A stretch of 63,776 nt of DNA, counting the filler. It is 6 parts of 6 records of this genome, joined end to end, with 100 filler letters (N's around TTAATTAATTAA, not from the genome) between each part and the next. Parts side by side here need not be neighbours in the genome. Positions count along the whole stretch, not along the records: positions 59,804 to 63,776 come from SRR20825010_1067; 5 more parts are not named here. The stretch is one strand, 5' to 3'. Every line of letters begins with the position of its first letter. Position 1 is the first letter of the stretch. Below the pieces are notes generated by a model. The model searched no databases and was not told the DNA's origin. It worked only from the letters and a program-made list of their open reading frames with translations. Positions 59,804-63,776 of the stretch are shown here, piece by piece. A program made the translations under genes and the position numbers.

Positions 59804-60892
59804 GCAAGAAGGCTGATCAATGAGATAACACAGGTTGCCATAGGGTTCCCCGAGGATGTGGATATCAATAGCGATCCTGTGGGTAGAGCTATCTCCGAAA
59901 TCGCTCAAAAGCTTTCGGCTGAAGAAACCATGGGTACGGAGGACCTTAAACAGTTGCTGCTCGACTTTATTCAGCTGACAGAAAAGGAGCGTCGCAAGGC
60001 CCTCATGATGGAGCAGCGGGTTATAGAGAAAGCTGCAGCCTCCGAAAAGGTCAACCAGGCACACCAGTTGGTCGACAAGACCCTGAATGAGCGCATGCAG
60101 GGCAAGTCTTTTCCTCGACTGTTGGTACATTTTGCCGAGAAAGCTTGGTGTCGGGTCATGTTCATGGCCTGTCTGCGGACTGAATCGTCGCCCGAGCAGT
60201 GGGAAACTGCAGTTGAAATACTGGACCGGGTGCTGGCGCATGCAGATGACGGCGAGGTGAGTGATGACGACGTCAAGTCGTTATTGGCCACCATTCAGGA
60301 GCACCTCGAAGATATCGCTTATGAATCCTACGATCTTGGGCGGCTGATAATCAGGCTCGAGGAATACTTTTATCGCAATAAAGCTGAAAACGAGAAACCC
60401 GAGGAATGTGTTGGCCAGGCAGAACCGACCGCTCAGGACTTGCCCGGTCAAACGGAAGATCTCGCAGAGCCGAAAGTTCAGACAATCGTTGTTTCCAATA
60501 AACCACATGAAACAGTGGTTATCAGGAAAATTAAAACGGACATGCCCGGGCATCGTAAACTGGAGGAGGACGCTGTCACCGAAAGTGACGAGGCGGCAAG
60601 CCCTGATGAAGAGTCTCTGAAAGCGCTCAATTCTCTCTGTCGCGGCGCCTGGGTTGATTTTCTGGATCAAACTTCTTCGAACAAGCGCTGCAAGGTAGCT
60701 GGGGTTATATCCCCCCCAGGTATCTATATTTTTGTGAACCGCCAGGGTACCAAGGTTGCCGAGATGAACCGCAACCGGACCGCTATCAGCATACAAAACA
60801 AAAATCTGGTTGTGTTGGATAACTCACACTTGTTTGACAATACCCTGGAGCGTGTCATAAAAGATATTCGAACCAGCCGTCAGGCCCATTAG
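59804..60892 (+). CDS. DUF1631-like protein, 5' truncated (paralogue 1)
   Basis: Frame open from the contig start (ARRLINEI...); EKERRK, GAWVDF...RCKVAG...IFVNRQGTKV, LFDNTLERVI; co-linear with the downstream gene. Confidence 0.82.
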   Translation, partial: ARRLINEITQVAIGFPEDVDINSDPVGRAISEIAQKLSAEETMGTEDLKQLLLDFIQLTEKERRKALMMEQRVIEKAAASEKVNQAHQLVDKTLNERMQGKSFPRLLVHFAEKAWCRVMFMACLRTESSPEQWETAVEILDRVLAHADDGEVSDDDVKSLLATIQEHLEDIAYESYDLGRLIIRLEEYFYRNKAENEKPEECVGQAEPTAQDLPGQTEDLAEPKVQTIVVSNKPHETVVIRKIKTDMPGHRKLEEDAVTESDEAASPDEESLKALNSLCRGAWVDFLDQTSSNKRCKVAGVISPPGIYIFVNRQGTKVAEMNRNRTAISIQNKNLVVLDNSHLFDNTLERVIKDIRTSRQAH

Positions 60893-61082
60893 GGCTCGTA
60901 CACACTTTTCTGATGCCCTCTTCTGCGGCAAATGAACAGTTGGTGACATAGCCGGCCTGTCTGGTGGCTTGACACCGTTGCTGTTCCCTGTTGTTAAGCT
61001 ATTCTTCCAGGAGAACCTGGGACTCAAGTGTGCAGGTAAGTGTTATGATCAGCAACTGGTTGTTCTGGAATAGAGGGCGGAA

Positions 61083-63332
61083 GTGACAGATGTAGATAAG
61101 CTATCAGTAGCTTTGTTTCGGTTACCTCGGCCATTGCTGGCACTCAAGGGGCGTATCCATACATTCCTCTCTTCACGCCTGAACAATATGTTTGATCAGG
61201 TGGATGACACCTTTTTCGATCTCGCTGATCGCGCGGACAACAACCGCCAGCAAACCATGTATTTTGATGCGATGCGTCTGATCCGGATGGAACGAAAAAA
61301 TATCGAGCACAACTTTTTTGGTGTGCTCACCCAGAGCTTTCAGCAGCTGGGTCAGTACCAGGATCCGGAATTACCCAGTCAGGAACCCGAAGGGCTGGAA
61401 GTGGTCGAGAACGAACAGCTCGAAGAAATTATCGCACTGGATACCATGGTGTTTCGGGTGTCAGAGCTCTGCAAGCCTGAACTTGATGCCCTCAATACTC
61501 GTCTCAGCTCAATGGTCCCGGCCTTGGTGACCCTGAAAAATAATCCGGTCGGGCCCGAAGTAATCTGTGAATCCTTTAATGAGGCTGTGGCCCACCTCGA
61601 GCTCAAGCTGCCGGTTAAACTGGTGCTGTTTAAGTTGTTTGATCGCCAGGTAATGGTGTCGTTGAAGGACTTCCTGGTGGAGGGCAACAAGCGTCTCAGC
61701 GATATGGGGGTGTTGCCCGATCTGGAGCAGTTGCGCAAGGCCCGGGTTGAGTCGCGTCAGCAGGAAAAACCCCCGGCGCCACCGCCGGAGCAGGCATCCG
61801 CGGCTGGCGCTGCACATTCTTCCCCTCCCCCTGCCTCTGGAGAGGCCGCCGGTCGCCCCAGCCCGGATAGTCGCGCTCCCGACAGTCTCCGTCAGGCCGG
61901 TGCCGGACAGGCGAAGAAACGCAGACAGGATGATGGTCAGCGCTATGGTCAGTTTCTTTCCCAGTTGAAAAATCTGTTGCACTGGGGGCCGTCGGGAGCT
62001 TCGGGTTCCGATGCCGGCATGCACCAGCGAATTGAGGGAGATGAGCTTGTCTCCATGGTGGGCAATTTGCAGCAGGACTGGTCCAATGCCGTCAGTGCGA
62101 AAGCTGATGACAGCGAGGGGCTTTTGCAGCTCATTGATGGCCATCTCGAACGACAGGGAGAGGCCCGCCTCGATGGGACCGAACGAGGGCTCGTCGATTT
62201 GCTCGACAGGTTGTTTGTCAGGGTCAATCACCAGACGATTGCCTGTGCCCAGCTGGCGGCGGAATTGCGCAAACTGGAGTTGCCTATTCTGCAGCTGGCC
62301 CTCAAGGACAGCACATTTTTTGATCGGGAAAAGCATCCGGCCAGACGGCTGTTAAACGAAATTGCCGAGGCGTCCATCGGTTACACGGAAAAGGTCGATG
62401 TTGACGGAGACCCCGTTGCGCGAGCGATTTCCGGTGTGGCCGCTGAGCTGTCCGGACAGTCCCCCGGCGATCATGCTGCGCTGACACAGCTGTTACTGAA
62501 TTTCATTGATCTGGTAGAAAAGGAGCGCCGTCGCGTTGCCGTGCTTGAGCAGCGGCTGATGGAGGAGGCGACTGCCACGGAAAAGGTCAATCATGCCCAT
62601 CAGGCTGTGGTGAGGGTGCTGATGGAACGCGTAAAGGGCAAAACCCTGCCGCGTTTTGTGGTCAGTTTTGCCGAGGACGCCTGGTGCAAGGTGTTGTTTC
62701 TGAATCACTTGCGGTCCGGTCAGGATTCTGAAGAATGGCATGGCAGTATTAGAGTGTTGGACCGTTTGCTTGAACTGGTCGCCCAGGGGCAGGCGGATGC
62801 CGGGGTTGTAGCACCGGTACTGACAACCATCAGGGAAAGTCTGGAAAACGTCTCTTACGATGCCTATGACATGGGCCGTTTGCTGGGGGCGATGGAACAA
62901 TATTTTCGTGGTGAGCTCAGCAGTGAGGAGAGCCTGCGTCAGGGGGTGTCTGCCAGTCCACTCCAGTCGGTGCTGGTGGATGCGCTCAGAACCAATATTC
63001 CGGGTAATCCTGCCGCGCTGGGGGAAGATTCCGATGGCTCGGTGGATGAGCAATATCTGCGTCGCGCCGATAGCCTCACCAGAGGAGCCTGGGTTGAAAT
63101 GACCGATGACGGTGCCGACAAGCGACGTTGTAAGCTGGCGGGTGTTGTGTTGCCTTCCGGTAAATTTATTTTTGTGAATCGCCAGGGTGCCAAAGTATCT
63201 GAAAAGCACCGCAACCGGGTGGCGATGGATCTGCAAACCGAGAAGCTGCGTCCACTGGAAAAAACCCAACTGTTTGATCGTGCCCTGGAAGGTGTGGTCG
63301 GTGAGATGTGCCAGTCCCGATCGGTGCATTGA
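61083..63332 (+). CDS. DUF1631-like protein (paralogue 2)
   Basis: DDTFFDLADRA, YFDAMRLIR, NPVGP, HPARRLLNEIA, GAWVE...RCKLA...FIFVNRQG, LFDRALE; upstream of ampD as in pseudomonads. Confidence 0.85.
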   Translation: MTDVDKLSVALFRLPRPLLALKGRIHTFLSSRLNNMFDQVDDTFFDLADRADNNRQQTMYFDAMRLIRMERKNIEHNFFGVLTQSFQQLGQYQDPELPSQEPEGLEVVENEQLEEIIALDTMVFRVSELCKPELDALNTRLSSMVPALVTLKNNPVGPEVICESFNEAVAHLELKLPVKLVLFKLFDRQVMVSLKDFLVEGNKRLSDMGVLPDLEQLRKARVESRQQEKPPAPPPEQASAAGAAHSSPPPASGEAAGRPSPDSRAPDSLRQAGAGQAKKRRQDDGQRYGQFLSQLKNLLHWGPSGASGSDAGMHQRIEGDELVSMVGNLQQDWSNAVSAKADDSEGLLQLIDGHLERQGEARLDGTERGLVDLLDRLFVRVNHQTIACAQLAAELRKLELPILQLALKDSTFFDREKHPARRLLNEIAEASIGYTEKVDVDGDPVARAISGVAAELSGQSPGDHAALTQLLLNFIDLVEKERRRVAVLEQRLMEEATATEKVNHAHQAVVRVLMERVKGKTLPRFVVSFAEDAWCKVLFLNHLRSGQDSEEWHGSIRVLDRLLELVAQGQADAGVVAPVLTTIRESLENVSYDAYDMGRLLGAMEQYFRGELSSEESLRQGVSASPLQSVLVDALRTNIPGNPAALGEDSDGSVDEQYLRRADSLTRGAWVEMTDDGADKRRCKLAGVVLPSGKFIFVNRQGAKVSEKHRNRVAMDLQTEKLRPLEKTQLFDRALEGVVGEMCQSRSVH

Positions 63333-63448
63333 GGCTATGTTGGCTTACCTGCTGCAAACAAGAGGCTGCGGTGCTGCCCCCGCTAATTCTTTAATCCATG
63401 GACAATCCCCACTAGTATTCAGGTGTTTCTTTGTTGGGAGCATAGACT

Positions 63449-63776
63449 ATTTCTGGTTTTTCTATCGATTCGCAAGGCTGGCTGACGGGTGCGCGGCATG
63501 TGCCCTCGCCGAATTTTAATCAGCGGCCGGCAACGGCGGCGTTATCACTGCTGGTGATCCACAATATCAGCCTGCCGCCCGGTGAATTCGGCGGGACGCA
63601 CATCTGCGATTTTTTTACCAATTGCCTGGATGCCGACGCTCATCCCTATTTTCGCGAAATTGTCGATCTCAGGGTCTCCGCCCACCTGTTGATCCGGCGC
63701 GATGGTGACGTGGTGCAGTTTGTATCGTTTCACGATCGTGCCTGGCATGCGGGACAGTCCTGCTTTGACGGGGCGG
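63449..63776 (+). CDS. ampD: 1,6-anhydro-N-acetylmuramyl-L-alanine amidase AmpD, 3' truncated (absent from ORF track)
   Basis: Manual translation ...GWLTGARHVPSPNFNQRP...LLVIHNISLPPGEFG...HPYF...LRVSAHLLIRRDG...RAWHAG. Start codon uncertain (ATT 63449 or GTG 63500). Confidence 0.95.
   Translation, partial: MSGFSIDSQGWLTGARHVPSPNFNQRPATAALSLLVIHNISLPPGEFGGTHICDFFTNCLDADAHPYFREIVDLRVSAHLLIRRDGDVVQFVSFHDRAWHAGQSCFDGA

Noticed and set aside
60969..61000. TTGACA...TAAGCT as a sigma70 promoter for the second DUF1631-like gene
   Set aside because: Spacer is 20 nt, too long; only an extended -10 reading is possible, which is too weak to call.

Overview
This window is not one contiguous locus. It joins six contigs with five identical artificial 100-nt spacers (44 N + TTAATTAATTAA + 44 N), so gene neighbourhood is only meaningful within a contig. 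Taxonomic labels below are inferences from protein and codon style. Contig 1 (1-20099, Alcanivorax-like gammaproteobacterium) carries a flavodoxin, enoyl-CoA hydratase, an orphan ATP-grasp protein, a YtjB-like membrane protein, serB, fimX-fimW, epmB-efp-epmA and a TetR-associated lipid catabolism cluster (fadI, fadE, three hydrolases); it ends in a REP doublet. Contig 2 (20200-41783, Marinobacter-like) carries a complete alginate operon in non-Pseudomonas order (algD-8-44-K-E-G-I-J-F-X-L-A plus a phosphomannomutase) between an acyl-CoA synthetase and an SDR/liuR/ivd block. Contig 3 (41884-50880, Burkholderiales-like) is the ordinary dcw cluster murF to ftsA. Contig 4 (50981-56600, Rhizobiales-like) carries an AccA-like ABC importer, an alkaline-phosphatase-superfamily hydrolase and a divergent sugar-phosphate isomerase with a Pho-box-like array. 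Contig 5 (56701-59703) carries tviB/tviC-type nucleotide-sugar genes and prsK. Contig 6 (59804-63776) carries tandem DUF1631-like paralogues and ampD. No CRISPR array, rRNA, tRNA or transposase was seen. The best leads are the rearranged alginate operon with back-to-back sigmaE-type promoters and an AlgL tail ending like AlgE, the putative phosphate-starvation sugar-phosphodiester scavenging locus, an apparent ATT start for ampD, and two heptamer-flanked palindromic intergenic elements.
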